A stretch of 64,000 nucleotides of DNA, from NCBI GenBank assembly GCA_965223795.1, contig CBDCXL010000001.1, forward strand, positions 192,001-256,000, in the 5' to 3' direction. Numbering within the stretch: position 1 is the stretch's first letter; every line of letters starts with the position of its first letter. The position numbers and the translations under genes were made by a program. Below are positions 28,848 through 40,536 of the stretch, piece by piece. This stretch comes from Nitrospinales bacterium. GTDB lineage: Bacteria > Nitrospinota > Nitrospinia > Nitrospinales > VA-1. The notes below the pieces were generated by a model. The model did not search any database and was not told the origin of the DNA. It was given only the letters and a program-made list of their open reading frames with translations.

Positions 28848-29678
28848 TCATTGCAGTTCCTTAAGCGCTTTCGCCAGGTCCTCGTCCGAAGGCGCGACGC
28901 CGTGCCAGGCCGGTTTGCCTTCCATGAAGCTCACGCCCTTGCCCTTGATGGTGTCGGCGATGATGGCGCGCGGCTTGTCCGGATGCGGCGGCATCTGCAG
29001 GGCCTTCATGATCGCCGCCATGTCGTGCCCGTCGATTCTGTGCGTGTCCCAGCCGAACGTGCGCCATTTTTCATCGAGCGGTTCCAGGTCTTTCAGTTCC
29101 TTGGTGGTGCTGTCCTGGCAGACCTTGTTGAAGTCCACGATCGCCGTGAGGTTCGTGCTCTTGAACTTGGCGGCGGACATGGCCGCTTCCCAGATCTGGC
29201 CTTCCTGCAGCTCTCCGTCTCCCAGAACCACGTAGGCGCGGTAATCCTTGTTGTCGATCCTCGCGCCCATCGCGATGCCGTGGGCGACGCTGAGCCCCTG
29301 CCCCAGGCTCCCGGAGGCGATCTCGACGCCCGGCACCTTGGGATGCGCATGCCCCGACAGAAAAAACGGGCTGTTGATCTTGCGGTAGGTGTCCAGCTCC
29401 TCTTCCGGGAAAAAACCCGCCCGCGACAGGACCACGTACAGCAGCGCCGAGGCGTGCCCCTTGCTCAGAAGGAACCGGTCCCGGTCCGGCATCTGCGGGT
29501 TGCGCGGATCGTAGTTGAGGATGCCGCCGAAATAAAGCGCGGTCAACAGGTCCGCGGCGGAAAGGCTGCCGCCGGGATGGCCGGAGCCCGCTTTGTGGAT
29601 CACCTTGAGGCTTTTGATGCGGATCTCGTTGGCGATCTTTTTGAGATCCTCGATCGAGGTTGTCTGAGTCTGTGTCAT
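28848..29678 (-). CDS. Transketolase, N-terminal subunit
   Basis: SGHPGGSLS, DRFLLSKGH, GSLGQG, GDGELQEGQIWEA, TIKGKG. Confidence 0.95.
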   Translation of the reverse strand: MTQTQTTSIEDLKKIANEIRIKSLKVIHKAGSGHPGGSLSAADLLTALYFGGILNYDPRNPQMPDRDRFLLSKGHASALLYVVLSRAGFFPEEELDTYRKINSPFFLSGHAHPKVPGVEIASGSLGQGLSVAHGIAMGARIDNKDYRAYVVLGDGELQEGQIWEAAMSAAKFKSTNLTAIVDFNKVCQDSTTKELKDLEPLDEKWRTFGWDTHRIDGHDMAAIMKALQMPPHPDKPRAIIADTIKGKGVSFMEGKPAWHGVAPSDEDLAKALKELQ

Positions 29679-29876
29679 GTGTTTGGTGGTTTAGTGCTGA
29701 AAAAACGGGATGCTTACCGGATGCAGGCTAACACATCCCCGGAGGGGTTTCTATCAAATTGTCATTCGCTGTGCACGGGGAAGACCGGCCCCCTGCCCTG
29801 CCGGTTCGCGGTGTGGGGATGGGCCGCGTGGGGGATCTTTGCACAAGCCCGCTCGTCAAGGAAACCTTGAGCTACT

Positions 29877-29937
29877 TGTCACCCTGAGCTTGTCGAAGGG
29901 GAGCAAGGATTCATGCTTCGACAGGCTCAGCATGACA
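29877..29937. repeat. Complete REP-like palindrome
   Basis: TGTCACCCTGAGCTTGTCGAAG and CTTCGACAGGCTCAGCATGACA are inverted arms around a 17-bp loop. Confidence 0.85.
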
Positions 29938-29982
29938 GGTCATGGACTTATGCAAAGGTTTCGCGTGGGGTGAACCCGGCGG

Positions 29983-30609
29983 TCAGGATTTCTCGGGGTG
30001 GTTGACAAAGTCGTTGCAGACCTTGAGCAGGGCGTCGAAGTCCACGGGCTTGGTGAAGTAGATGTCCGCTCCCGCGTCGAGGATGACCTTTTCGGAATGC
30101 CGCAGATCGCCGGAGATGGCGATGATCTTGATGTTTCCCGTTTTCGGGTTGGATTTCAGATTTTTGCACACTTCCATGCCGTTGACCCCCGGCAGCGCGA
30201 TGTCCAGCACGATGATGGAAGGCAGAAAGTGCGCCGCCTTGAGCCCCGCGTCCCAGCCGTCGAACGCCACTTCGGCGACGAAGTTGTTTTTCTCGAAAAA
30301 CTTTCTCAGCAGATTGGAGAACTTCTTTTCATCGTCGACGATCAGGATCTTGCGTACCGACTTCTCCTCTTCCTCTTTCTTGAGGATTTCCTTGATCATG
30401 TTGATGGTGTAGCCCTTCTTCTGCAGCGCGTAGATCTTCTTGCAGCGTTCCTCCACCCAGGCCGGATAGTAGCCGACAATGCCCTTGCCGCCGGGGTGCG
30501 CTTCTTTCACAGGGTCCGGAAAGAACCTGTATTTCTTTTGCCACAACCAAAGAGTTTTTCGTGTGATCGGTACAACTTTCAATATGTCAGCGGCTGTTAC
30601 TCTTGCCAT
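29983..30609 (-). CDS. Response regulator with an N-terminal MerR-like HTH and a C-terminal receiver
   Basis: ITRKTLWLWQKK...Y...KIYALQKKGYTINMIKEIL, then ILIVDDE, VLDIALPG, FTKP. Confidence 0.85.
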   Translation of the reverse strand: MARVTAADILKVVPITRKTLWLWQKKYRFFPDPVKEAHPGGKGIVGYYPAWVEERCKKIYALQKKGYTINMIKEILKKEEEEKSVRKILIVDDEKKFSNLLRKFFEKNNFVAEVAFDGWDAGLKAAHFLPSIIVLDIALPGVNGMEVCKNLKSNPKTGNIKIIAISGDLRHSEKVILDAGADIYFTKPVDFDALLKVCNDFVNHPEKS

Positions 30610-31106
30610 GGTGAGCACCCTGCGGATCGTCGGTTTTCGGATGGAGTTAATTGCATATATAAAGTAGATTGAAGCGATAGGGAAACTTTTTATGAAAAAG
30701 GACCGTTTCAAAGTATCGACCTTCTCAGAAAATGTACACTGTTAATGTAATTTTATCAATCATTATTTTCATATTTTTTTGAAACAGCACCGCGGATGCC
30801 TGCAAATTAATTGAATAATAGGCCTTTATCCCGATAAAAAAATTCGATACAATGTCCGCATCCTTTGACTGAAGAGTTTCCGTCGGAGCGGTTCCGGGGC
30901 ATAGCGGTCTGAATTTTTGGATCGTATTTTTATGGTACGGCACTGTGGATCAGATCGGTGATGAGGCCAAACGGGCCCTGTTTCGCGGGAGCCCAAAAAC
31001 CCGTTTACGGGAGCCCGGCAGCGCCCGGCTGAATGGCAAACGGATTTCCCGGTCCGGAACCGCCTGAGAACCTGACTGCAACATTCAAACGACAAACGGA
31101 GAGGTC

Positions 31107-32687
31107 ATGTCCAGTTTTATACGCCGTTTTCTGAGTTTATTGATTCTTCTATCCGCTCCGCTCCTCTCCCCGGCCTGGGCTCAGGAGACGGGCGAGCCTC
31201 CGTTCAAGCCGTCCTCCTTAATCCTTTCGCTCAAGGATGTGGTCGAGGGCACGCTGCGCAACAACGTCGCCATCGCGGTGGAGGAGTTCAACTCAAGGAT
31301 CCGCGAACAGGACATCACGGTCGAGGAATCGATTTTCGATCCCGTCCTCGACGCCGAACTCTCCAAGCGTGAAAAAACCAACCAGGTCTCCAGCGCCTTC
31401 GCCTCGCCGGACAAGGCGCGCAACCGCGATCTGGTGTGGGACCTCGCCCTGAGCCAGCGGCTGGTCACCGGTGCGGAGTACGAGTTGAGCTTCAACAACG
31501 ACAAGAACCGCACCAATTCCAATTTCGCCGGCCTCAACCCGCAGTACACCTCGGAACTGGTGTTCTCCATCTCGCAGCCGCTGCTCAAAGGCGCCGGCAT
31601 CGACAACAACAAGCGGGAGATCTACATCGCCAAGAACAATCTCGAAGTTTCCGACTACGATTTCCAGAGCGCCGTCATCGACACCATCTCCGATGTGGAG
31701 AACAATTACTGGGACCTGGTGTTCAGCATCGAGGATCTGAAGGTCAAGCAGAAATCGCTGCAGCGGGCGCGCGACCTGGAACGGCGGGTGCGGGCGCAGG
31801 TGGAAGTGGGGACGCTGGCGCCGCTGGAAATCCTGCAGGCGCAGGCGGACGTGGCCGACCGGGAGGAAGACCTGCTGGGCGCGGAGGATCTGATCAAGGA
31901 TAACGAAGACACGCTGAAAAACCTGATGAACATCCCGTTCGACTCGCTGGATGCGGACAAGGACGTGCTGCCGTCCGAACGTCCCGCCTTCAATCCGGCG
32001 GACAACATCAATGTGCGCGAGTCCGTCCGCGAAGCGCTGACCAAGCGGCCGGATTATCTGTCGCGCAAAAAGCAGCTGGAAAATGACAACATCCGCCTCA
32101 AGTACAGCCAGAACCAACTGTATCCAACCGTTGACCTGTTCGGCAGCCTCGGGCTCAACGGCATCAGCGGCGAAGCGGTGAACATCACCCAGGGCACGGT
32201 CACGGGGCGCAGCCAGTTCGGCGGCGGCTACGACGAGACGCTGGCGAATCTGTTTTCCACCAAGTACTTTCTCTGGGAGTTCGGGCTCAAATTCAACTAT
32301 CCCATCGGCAACCGCGCGGCCAAGAGCCGGGTCACCCAGTCGCGGCTGACGGTGGCGCAGACCCTGCTGGATCTCAAGGACCTGGAAAAGAAGATCGTGC
32401 TCGAAGTGCGGGAAGCGGCCCGGCAGATCCGCACGGAGATCAAACGCGTGCACGCGACGCGGGCGGCGCGCCGGCTGGCGGAGGAACAGCTCAACGCGGA
32501 GGAGAAGAAATTCGAGGTGGGGCTGTCCACCAGCTTCAACGTGCTCGAGTTCCAGGAGGATCTGGCCGAGGCGCAGAGCAATGAAATCCAGTCCCTCATC
32601 GACTACAACAAATCCCATATCCGTTTGCGGCAGGCCGTGGCCACGACTCTGGAGGCGCACGGCATCAAAATGTCAAGTGATTCATGA
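31107..32687 (+). CDS. TolC family outer-membrane efflux protein
   Basis: Signal peptide, SQPLLKG, YWDLV, EVGTLAPLE, KFEVGLSTSFNVL. Confidence 0.92.
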   Translation: MSSFIRRFLSLLILLSAPLLSPAWAQETGEPPFKPSSLILSLKDVVEGTLRNNVAIAVEEFNSRIREQDITVEESIFDPVLDAELSKREKTNQVSSAFASPDKARNRDLVWDLALSQRLVTGAEYELSFNNDKNRTNSNFAGLNPQYTSELVFSISQPLLKGAGIDNNKREIYIAKNNLEVSDYDFQSAVIDTISDVENNYWDLVFSIEDLKVKQKSLQRARDLERRVRAQVEVGTLAPLEILQAQADVADREEDLLGAEDLIKDNEDTLKNLMNIPFDSLDADKDVLPSERPAFNPADNINVRESVREALTKRPDYLSRKKQLENDNIRLKYSQNQLYPTVDLFGSLGLNGISGEAVNITQGTVTGRSQFGGGYDETLANLFSTKYFLWEFGLKFNYPIGNRAAKSRVTQSRLTVAQTLLDLKDLEKKIVLEVREAARQIRTEIKRVHATRAARRLAEEQLNAEEKKFEVGLSTSFNVLEFQEDLAEAQSNEIQSLIDYNKSHIRLRQAVATTLEAHGIKMSSDS

Positions 32688-34015
32688 AGAAGACCCTCAT
32701 CATAAGCGGGGTCGCGCTGCTGCTCGTTCTTGTCTTGTATCTGCTGACCGGTTCGAACGGCAAGGAAGACGAACCCAAGGCCGAATTCAAAACCACCGAG
32801 GTTTTGCAGGGGGATCTGTTCGTCAAAATTTCGGCCACCGGCGTGGTGGAACCCAATTTCAAGGTGGAAGTGAAATCCAAGGCCAGCGGCGAAGTGTTGA
32901 AGTTCCCTTTCGAGGAAGGAGATCAGGTGAAAAAGGGCCAGCTGCTGCTGGAACTCGACAAGACCGACGAGAAGCGCAAGGTCGCCAAGGCGAAGGCGGA
33001 GCTTTCCAGCGCCACGGCGAAGCTGAAAAAAGCCGAGACCGCCCTGCTCCTGCAGCGCACCAAATACGAAACGGATCTCAGAACAGCCCGCTCCGAAGTG
33101 GATGCGGCCGAGGCCAGCTTTCAGGAATCGCAGGACAAGCTGAAACGGCAGCGCGATCTGTTCGAGAAACGTTTCATCTCCCAGGAAGCGCTGGACACGG
33201 CGCAGACGAATTTCACCGTGAACCGGGAAAAGCTGATTCAGGCCCGGGCGCAGCTGCAGGCGGCCGAGGATGCGGTGCACGACATCACGCTCAAGGAAAA
33301 CGAGATCGAGCTGGCCCGCTCGGAAGTGCAGAGCGCCCGCATTTCGCTGGATGAGGCCAAGGAGAGGCTGAGCGAGACGACGATCTCCGCGCCCATCGAC
33401 GGCATCGTCATCGAAAAGCTGGTGGAAGAGGGGCAGATCATCGCGTCGGGCATATCCAATGTCAGCGGCGGCACGCCGCTGCTGTCGGTGGCGGACATGT
33501 CGCGGCTGTTCATCATCGCGGATGTGGATGAAACGGATATCGGCTCGGTTCGCGTGCACCAGAAAGTTACAATCACTGCCGATGCCTATCCGGGAGAGAC
33601 GTTCGAGGGAACGGTGACGCGGATCGCGCCGCAGGGCATCGTGGAAAACAGCATCACCATCTTCAAGGTGAAAATCGAAATCATCGGAACCGGAAAAAAC
33701 ATTCTCAAACCGATGATGTCGGCGAACATCGAAATCGTCACCGCCTCGGCCCCCAACGCTGTGCACGTTTCGCGCGGGGCCATACGCAAGGAAGGAGATG
33801 AACCCTTTGTGGTGCTGCTGAAGGCCGGTCAGCCCACGAAGGTGCCCGTCACACTGGGGATCGAAAACCCCATACATTCGCAGATCGTCTCCGGTATCGA
33901 ACCGGGCGACAAAGTCGTGCTGGGAGACTGGGAGAAACTCCTGGCGGAAGCTGAAAAATCAGGCAAAAAAGGATCTGCTTTGAGAAAAATACTCTGGATG
34001 ATACGGTCGAAATAG
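32684..34015 (+). CDS. Efflux periplasmic adaptor (MacA-like)
   Basis: ISATGVVEP, VKSKASG, GDQVKKGQLL, ISAPIDG, VDETDIG. Confidence 0.92.
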   Translation: MKKTLIISGVALLLVLVLYLLTGSNGKEDEPKAEFKTTEVLQGDLFVKISATGVVEPNFKVEVKSKASGEVLKFPFEEGDQVKKGQLLLELDKTDEKRKVAKAKAELSSATAKLKKAETALLLQRTKYETDLRTARSEVDAAEASFQESQDKLKRQRDLFEKRFISQEALDTAQTNFTVNREKLIQARAQLQAAEDAVHDITLKENEIELARSEVQSARISLDEAKERLSETTISAPIDGIVIEKLVEEGQIIASGISNVSGGTPLLSVADMSRLFIIADVDETDIGSVRVHQKVTITADAYPGETFEGTVTRIAPQGIVENSITIFKVKIEIIGTGKNILKPMMSANIEIVTASAPNAVHVSRGAIRKEGDEPFVVLLKAGQPTKVPVTLGIENPIHSQIVSGIEPGDKVVLGDWEKLLAEAEKSGKKGSALRKILWMIRSK

Positions 34016-34081
34016 AAGGCCAAGAAACGAAATTCCGCCAGCTCCTGTTGCGTGATTTTCGTTCTCCGCGGGAAATCGTTT

Positions 34082-35989
34082 ATGAGAATTTCTTTTCAAC
34101 TCTGTTTGCGGCTGTGCGTCTGGCTTGTGCTGGCCGTGGTGCCGTTGACGTTGTCGGCCTGCTCCACCCTTCCCTCTTCGTCCGCCGAGGAAACGGAAGA
34201 AGAGACCGGGTCCGAAGAGAGTGAAAAGAAAAAGGGGAACTACAAGGTCGAGGTGAAAGGGATCGAAAACGATGAGATCCTCAAGGTGGTGAAAGCCTCC
34301 TCCAACCTCGTGCAGATGGAATCGGAACCGCTTTCCAGCCCGGTCGGGTTGATCCAGCGGGCGCGCGCCGACCGGGAGCGGGTGCAGAACGTGCTGAAGT
34401 CGTTCGGCCATTTTTCCGGCAAGGTGGCGATCCGCATCGAGGACCAGTTGCTGGAAAACGTCCGCCCTTCCCTGCTGCGCGGCAAAAAAACGCCCAAGGT
34501 GGTCGTCGAGGTGGAACCGGGGCCGCAGTACACGTTCGGCAAGGTCGAGATCAAGGGACTCGAGCGCGAGGAGGTGAAAGACATTTCGCCCGACCTGACC
34601 ACCGGCGACCCGGCCAAGGGGCAGGCGGTGCTGGAAGCGGAACAGGAGATCATCGCGCGCGTGAAGCTCAAGGGATTTCCCTACGTGAAGCGGGTCGAGC
34701 GCAGGCTCATCATGCACAAAGAGCAAAAGACGCTCGATCTGTTCTGGAAATTCGACCCCGGCCCGCTGGCGTCGATGGGACTGCCGCAAATCGAAGGATT
34801 GGAGCGGACGTACGAAGATTTCGTGTTCAAGCGGGCGCCGTGGAAGCTGGGGGACCGCTACGATCCGCGCGTGCTGGAGGAGTACCGCAGCGACCTGGCC
34901 GGCATGGATCTGTTTTCTTCCATCAAGGTGACGCTGCCGGACGGAAAGAAACACCCGGAAAAGTATTTCGACGAGCCCATGGACATCCGGCTCAAGCTGA
35001 AAGAGAAACAGGCGCGTTTTTTCGGCTTCGGCGCGGATTACTCGACCACGGAGGGCATCGGCATCGAGGCCTACTGGGGGCATCGCAACCTGTTCGGGCG
35101 CGGCGAGAAGCTGAAGATCACAGGCCGCGTCGGGCGTCTTGTGGAAAACGAAATCGACAAGATCGACAAGAGCCTGAAGCTGAGTTTCCGCAAACCGGAT
35201 TTTCTGTCGCGCAAGCAGGATCTTTTGTTCGACTTCGAAGTGCTCAATGAAAATCCGGACGCGTTCGAGCGCGACGCGGTGACCAGCGCGCTGGGGATCG
35301 AGCGCTATCTGACCAGGACGCTTTCCTTCAGTGGCGGCTTGAGCGCGGAGTATTCGAAGATCACCGACAGCGACGGCGAGGACGAGTTTCTGATTTTCGG
35401 ATTTCCTATGGCGCTGCGGCACGACACGACGGACGACCTGCTGGACGCCACGCGCGGCTTTCGCAATGAGCTGAGGGTCACGCCCTACACCATCGCGGTC
35501 GGCGACGGAGGCGCGTTCGTCGTGACGCGCGTGATCAGCCGGGCCTATCACGCGCTGGTGGGCAAAGACAAGGTGGTGCTGGCCGGGCGGGTCGGCCTGG
35601 GATCGATCTTCGGCGCGGACACGCAGGAAATCCCGGCGAACAAGCGGTTCTTTGCCGGCGGCGGCGGGTCGGTGCGCGGCTACGAGTTTCAGAACGTCGG
35701 CCCGCTGGACGCCATCAACGACCCGGTGGGCGGCCGCAGCCTGATCGAAGTCGGCGCGGAGGTGCGTTTCCGCTACCGGGATTTCGGCATCGTTCCTTTC
35801 ATCGACGGCGGCAATGTGTACGATTCGGAACTGCCCAAGTTCGATGAAAACCTGCAGTGGGGTGTGGGTCTGGGAGTGCGTTACTACTCGAAGATCGGCC
35901 CCTTGCGCGTCGATCTGGCGTTCCCGCTCAACCGCAGGGAGAACGACGACCCGGTCGCCTTTTACATCAGCATCGGCCAGGCGTTTTAA
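34082..35989 (+). CDS. tamA: TamA/Omp85-family outer-membrane assembly protein
   Basis: POTRA-like repeats, HRNLFGRGE, RFFAGGGGSVRGY, GPLRVDLAFP, and a C-terminal IGQAF. Confidence 0.9.
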   Translation: MRISFQLCLRLCVWLVLAVVPLTLSACSTLPSSSAEETEEETGSEESEKKKGNYKVEVKGIENDEILKVVKASSNLVQMESEPLSSPVGLIQRARADRERVQNVLKSFGHFSGKVAIRIEDQLLENVRPSLLRGKKTPKVVVEVEPGPQYTFGKVEIKGLEREEVKDISPDLTTGDPAKGQAVLEAEQEIIARVKLKGFPYVKRVERRLIMHKEQKTLDLFWKFDPGPLASMGLPQIEGLERTYEDFVFKRAPWKLGDRYDPRVLEEYRSDLAGMDLFSSIKVTLPDGKKHPEKYFDEPMDIRLKLKEKQARFFGFGADYSTTEGIGIEAYWGHRNLFGRGEKLKITGRVGRLVENEIDKIDKSLKLSFRKPDFLSRKQDLLFDFEVLNENPDAFERDAVTSALGIERYLTRTLSFSGGLSAEYSKITDSDGEDEFLIFGFPMALRHDTTDDLLDATRGFRNELRVTPYTIAVGDGGAFVVTRVISRAYHALVGKDKVVLAGRVGLGSIFGADTQEIPANKRFFAGGGGSVRGYEFQNVGPLDAINDPVGGRSLIEVGAEVRFRYRDFGIVPFIDGGNVYDSELPKFDENLQWGVGLGVRYYSKIGPLRVDLAFPLNRRENDDPVAFYISIGQAF

Positions 35990-36001
35990 TTTGGGTGAAG
36001 C

Positions 36002-39000
36002 ATGATTGCCATTGTGCGAATGATCGTGACGCTTGTGATCGCCGCCCTGCTCATCATCGTGGTGGGCGGCGCCGGTCTGTTTTTTTACCTCAAGACCGAC
36101 GCGGGACAGCAGCGCGTGGTGGAGCTGATCGAATCGTCCACCGCCGCGGCGGATATCCAGGTCCAGCTCGACTCGCTCAACGCATCGCTGCCCGCCTTCC
36201 TGGAAGTCAACGGCATCCGGCTTTCCGATGCCCAGGGCATCTGGCTCACCATCGACCGTTTCCGGTTCCGCTGGCATCCCGCTTCCCTGCTCAAAGGCAG
36301 ACTGAAAATTTCCGAACTGACGTTCGGCACCATCGACGTGGCGCGCACTCCGGTCACGCCGCCCAAACAGCCCGAGCCGGAACCGCCGTCCTCCGGAGGC
36401 GCGCCCGGCCTGCCGGTCACCATCGAGGTCGACCGGTTCGCCGCCGAGCGCATCCATCTCTCCGAAGCGGTGGCGGGGGAAGACGTCACGCTGACCTTTG
36501 CCAGCCGCGCCGCTTTCCTCGGCATGGGGGAACGGGCGATTCTGGAACTGGCGCTGGACCGCATCGACGCGAAGCAGGCTTCGCTCACCACCAGCGTGTC
36601 CTTCGTTCCCGACACGAAAATGCTGACGGTCGATCTTGTGGCGAAGGAGCCGCAAGGCGGTTTCGTCGTGCGCACGCTGGCCGTGCCCGGCCTGCCTGCG
36701 CTGAACGCCTCCATACAGGGCAAGGGATTGATCGAGGACTGGAAAGGCCGGTTCGGACTGAACGCCGGGCCGGATTTCCGCATCGAGGGCACGGCGGCGA
36801 TCCGCGAGCAGGCGAAGGAAAAGGAGGCCTACGCGCTCGACCTCAACCTCACCGCCAACGCCACCGCGCTTCTGGAACCGAAACTGCGGCCGCTTGCGGG
36901 AGAAGCGGTGCGCGTGACTTCGCGCATCCTGCTCAGCGATACGGGAGATATCCGCCTGGAACGGACCACGATCGACGCGCCTGCGGGGCAGTTTTCCCTG
37001 GCCGGTACGGTGAAGCCGAACAGCCAGGAAATGGATCTGGATTACCGCTTGCTCGCCGGGCCGCATGCGCTGTTTCAGGAACTGGCGCCGGACGTGGCGT
37101 GGAAGAAAGTGGAAGTCTCCGGCAACGCCGCGGGCACGTTTGCCCAACCGGACGTGGGTGTGGAACTTTCGGTGGCGTCGCTCGGCGCATCGGGCCTGAC
37201 GGTGCCCGAAATTTTCGTGCGTCTCAACGCGAAGCCCGACAAGCCGCTGGGCCAGCCGGGTGCGAAACTCGCCCTCACGGGCAACGGCCGTGTGGCGATC
37301 CCGAAAGGCGGCCCGCCCGCGCTCGAAAACCTGCCGCTCGATCCGTTGACCTGGAGACTGAACGCCGGTTGATCGCCGACAAGCAACGGGTGGACCTCAA
37401 TGCCTTCCACGCTTCGGTGAAAACGGTGGTCGTCGATGTGAACGGACGCCTCAACGAATGGGGGCAGCAGGCGGCGCTCAAGACGCAGATCGCCCTGCCC
37501 GACCTGGGCGCGTTCTCCAAGCTGGCGGGCATGCCGCTCAAGGGCAAGCTGGATCTTAACCTGGATACCGCGCTCCAGGATAAGGGACAGGCGGCCACGG
37601 TGAAGCTGGCGTCGAAGGTGCGCGGGCTGGTCACCGAAAATCCGCCGGTGGACGCCCTGACCGGACAACGCGTCGACATCGCCGGAACACTGGAGAGGAG
37701 AAAAAGCGGGCTGATGCAGGTGAAGACGCTCACGGTCCGCACCGCCTCTGTGGAAACGGAGCTGAACGCGAACCTGAAACCGGATCAGACCGTCGCCGCC
37801 GACTGGTCGGTGATCGTGGACGATCTTGCGCGGCTGGCCGAGGCGCTGAAGCAGCCGGTCACCGGCGGAATCGCCATGAAGGGCAGCGCCCGGGGAACGG
37901 TGGAATCTCCGTCCGTGAAGGTTCAGGTCGCCAGCCGGAACCTGGTGTTCGACGGGCGGCCGATCCAGACGGCGGTCGATCTGACCGCGAGCGATCTGGC
38001 AAAGAATCCCAAAGGAACGCTCAAGGTCGAAGCCGAAGCGGACAACATCCCGGCCACGGTTTCCACCCGCTTCGCGATGAAAAACAACGAGCACCTGCAC
38101 CTGGACGATCTTCGCCTCGCCTCGCTGGGGGCGAACATCGAGGGCGTGCTGAAGGTGGCGCTGAAGAAGGGAACGGCGAGCGGCACGCTGCGCGGCGGCG
38201 TGGACGACTTTGCCGGCATCAACCGGCTGGCGAAGCAGAACCTGTCGGGCGAACTCAACTTCAAGGCCGATCTCGTGGATAAAAACGGGCAGGACGTGAC
38301 ATTCGCGGTGCGGGGGAAAAATCTCAAGCTGGCGGGCGAGTCTCCGCTCGAAGTGGCGAAGGTCGATGTGGACGGCACGGTTCTCGATGCAACGGGCAGG
38401 CTCAAGCTGGACAGCCGCGTCGCGGTGGCCGGGGTGAAGAATCCGGCGGCCACGGTCAAGACGCTGAACCTCACGGCGAAAGGCGGGCTCGACAAGCTGG
38501 ATTTCACGCTGGCGACGGTGGCGGCGCAGACCGACGGCCCGGAGCTTTCACTCAATTCCGACGGGGTGGTGACGGTGGCGGACACCGGGCAGACGGTGCG
38601 GCTCAACAGCTTCGAAGGCGAGGCGGTGAAGATTCCCTTCAAGACCGTGCGTCCGGCGACGTTCACGATGTCGCAGGGAAATATGTCACTAAAAGATTTC
38701 GTGCTGGCGATCCGGGACGGCAAGATCGCTTCCGATTTCTCGATGGACGCGGCGAGCGCAAACGCCAAGGTGGTGATCGAAAAGATGCCGCTGGCGCTGG
38801 CGAACGTGGCCAGCCCGACGCTGGATCTTTCGGGCAGGCTGGACGGCATGGTCACGCTTTCGACGCGGCAGGAAAATCCCGGCGCCAAGGTGCGGCTGGC
38901 GATGCGGGACATCAAGGCGGGCGCGCTGAGTGATTTTCCCGCCGCGAAGGTCGACGTGCAGGCGGACTGGACGGGACAGGCGGCGACGCTGAAGCTTGCG

Positions 39001-40401
39001 GCGCTGCAGCCGCCGGCGGGCAACTTCGATGTGGATGCGAGCGTGCCGCTGACTCTCAAGCAGGGGCCGTTCGGCTTCGAACTGCCGCCCGGTGCGAATT
39101 TCAAGGCCAAAGCGCTGGGGAAAGTCGTGCTCGACCGGCTGAACGACCTGCTCTTCCCCAACGGCGACCAGGTCAAGGGAACGGTGAACCTCAATGCGGA
39201 CGTGTCCGGCACGCTCAAACAGCCGGACGTGAAGGCGAACGTGTCGATGGACGACGGCCAGTTCGAAAGCGTGCAGTTCGGCACGCTGATCCAGGCCATG
39301 AAGCTGAAAGTGCAAGGCGACATGAAAGGCGTGAACCTGGAAACGTTCTCCGGCAAAACGCCCAACGGCGGCAGCCTGAACGCGTCCGGCAAGGTGGATT
39401 TCTCCGATATGGAAAACATCCTCGCCGACCTGTCCGTGAAAACCGACAAGGCGCAGCTGGTGGCGATGGACACGCTGAACGCGGTGGTGAGCAGCGGACT
39501 CAATTTCAAGGGCCCGCTCAAAAAAGCACAGCTTGCCGGAGAGATCGTGCTCAACAAGGTCGAGGTGTTCCTGCCCAACACGCTGCCGCCCAGCGTGGTG
39601 GTGCTGGATGTGGAGGAAGCGAAGAAAAAAACCGGCAAAGCGTCCGGAGAGGCGGAACCGCCGGAGAAAGAAAAAGAACCGGAGATGGAGATCGGCCTCG
39701 ATATCAAGGTCAGGACGCCGAACCCACTGTTCGTGCGCGGCCGCGGGCTGGACACGCAGCTCGCCGGAGACCTGCACGTGACCGGCACGTCGCTGAATCC
39801 TTCGGTGGACGGCGTGTTCGAAATGCGCAAGGGATCGATGGACCTGCTCAGCCGCAAGGTGACGTTCAACAAGGGCGTGGTCTCGTTCGACGGGGTGCCG
39901 CGCCGCGATCCGCTGCTGGATTTTCAGGCCGACATTCCCTGGAAGGACGTGACCCTGCATGTGATCGTCAAGGGCCCGGCGGGCAACCCGAAGATCCAGC
40001 TCGCCTCCACGCCGGAACTGCCGCAGGATGAAATCCTGGCGCGGCTGCTGTTCGACAAGACCGCCGGCGCGATGACGCCGCTGGAAGCGGTGCAGCTCGC
40101 CAATTCGGCGGCGCAGCTGGCGGGGCTGGGCGGCCAGGGGCCGGGCATCATGGACGAGGTGCGCGGGTCGCTGGGGCTGGACACGTTGAAATTCGGCGGC
40201 GGCACCGGCGATTCCGGGCCCGGCGTGGAAGCCGGGAAATACGTCGCCGAGGGCGTGTACGTGGGCGTCAAGCAGGGGCTGAACACCGAGCAGAGCTCCG
40301 CGGTGGTGGAATACGAGATCACCCCCAACGTCAAAGTGGAAAGCGACATCGGCGCCAATTCCGAATCGCGTCTGGGCATCAACATGGAATGGGACTACTG
40401 A
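36002..40401 (+). pseudogene. tamB: TamB (translocation and assembly module), frameshifted at ~37368
   Basis: The N-terminal frame 36002-37372 ends at AAC GCC GGT TGA. A second frame continues to 40401 with VRGRGLD, LPQDEILARLLF and GKYV. Directly downstream of tamA. Confidence 0.85.
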
Positions 40402-40536
40402 CGCGGTGTGCGGTCCGCCGCATGAAAAAAATGTCCATACGATAGAAAAATTTTGTATGATTTGGTTCATGCCCTTTAATTCAACCGGATGGCAATTCGA
40501 CAACCCCTTTATAACTCTGCGAGGACACCGTCTCCC

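Noticed and set aside
30785..30801. Fourth sigma54 site (minus strand AGGCATC-CGCG-GTGCT)
   Set aside because: It has mismatches in both boxes and is far from the start codon, so it is too weak to call.
35857..37366. N-terminal part of the 1514-aa ORF
   Set aside because: It is an Arg-rich off-frame read of tamA/tamB. The protein-like sequence here is in the 36002-37372 frame.
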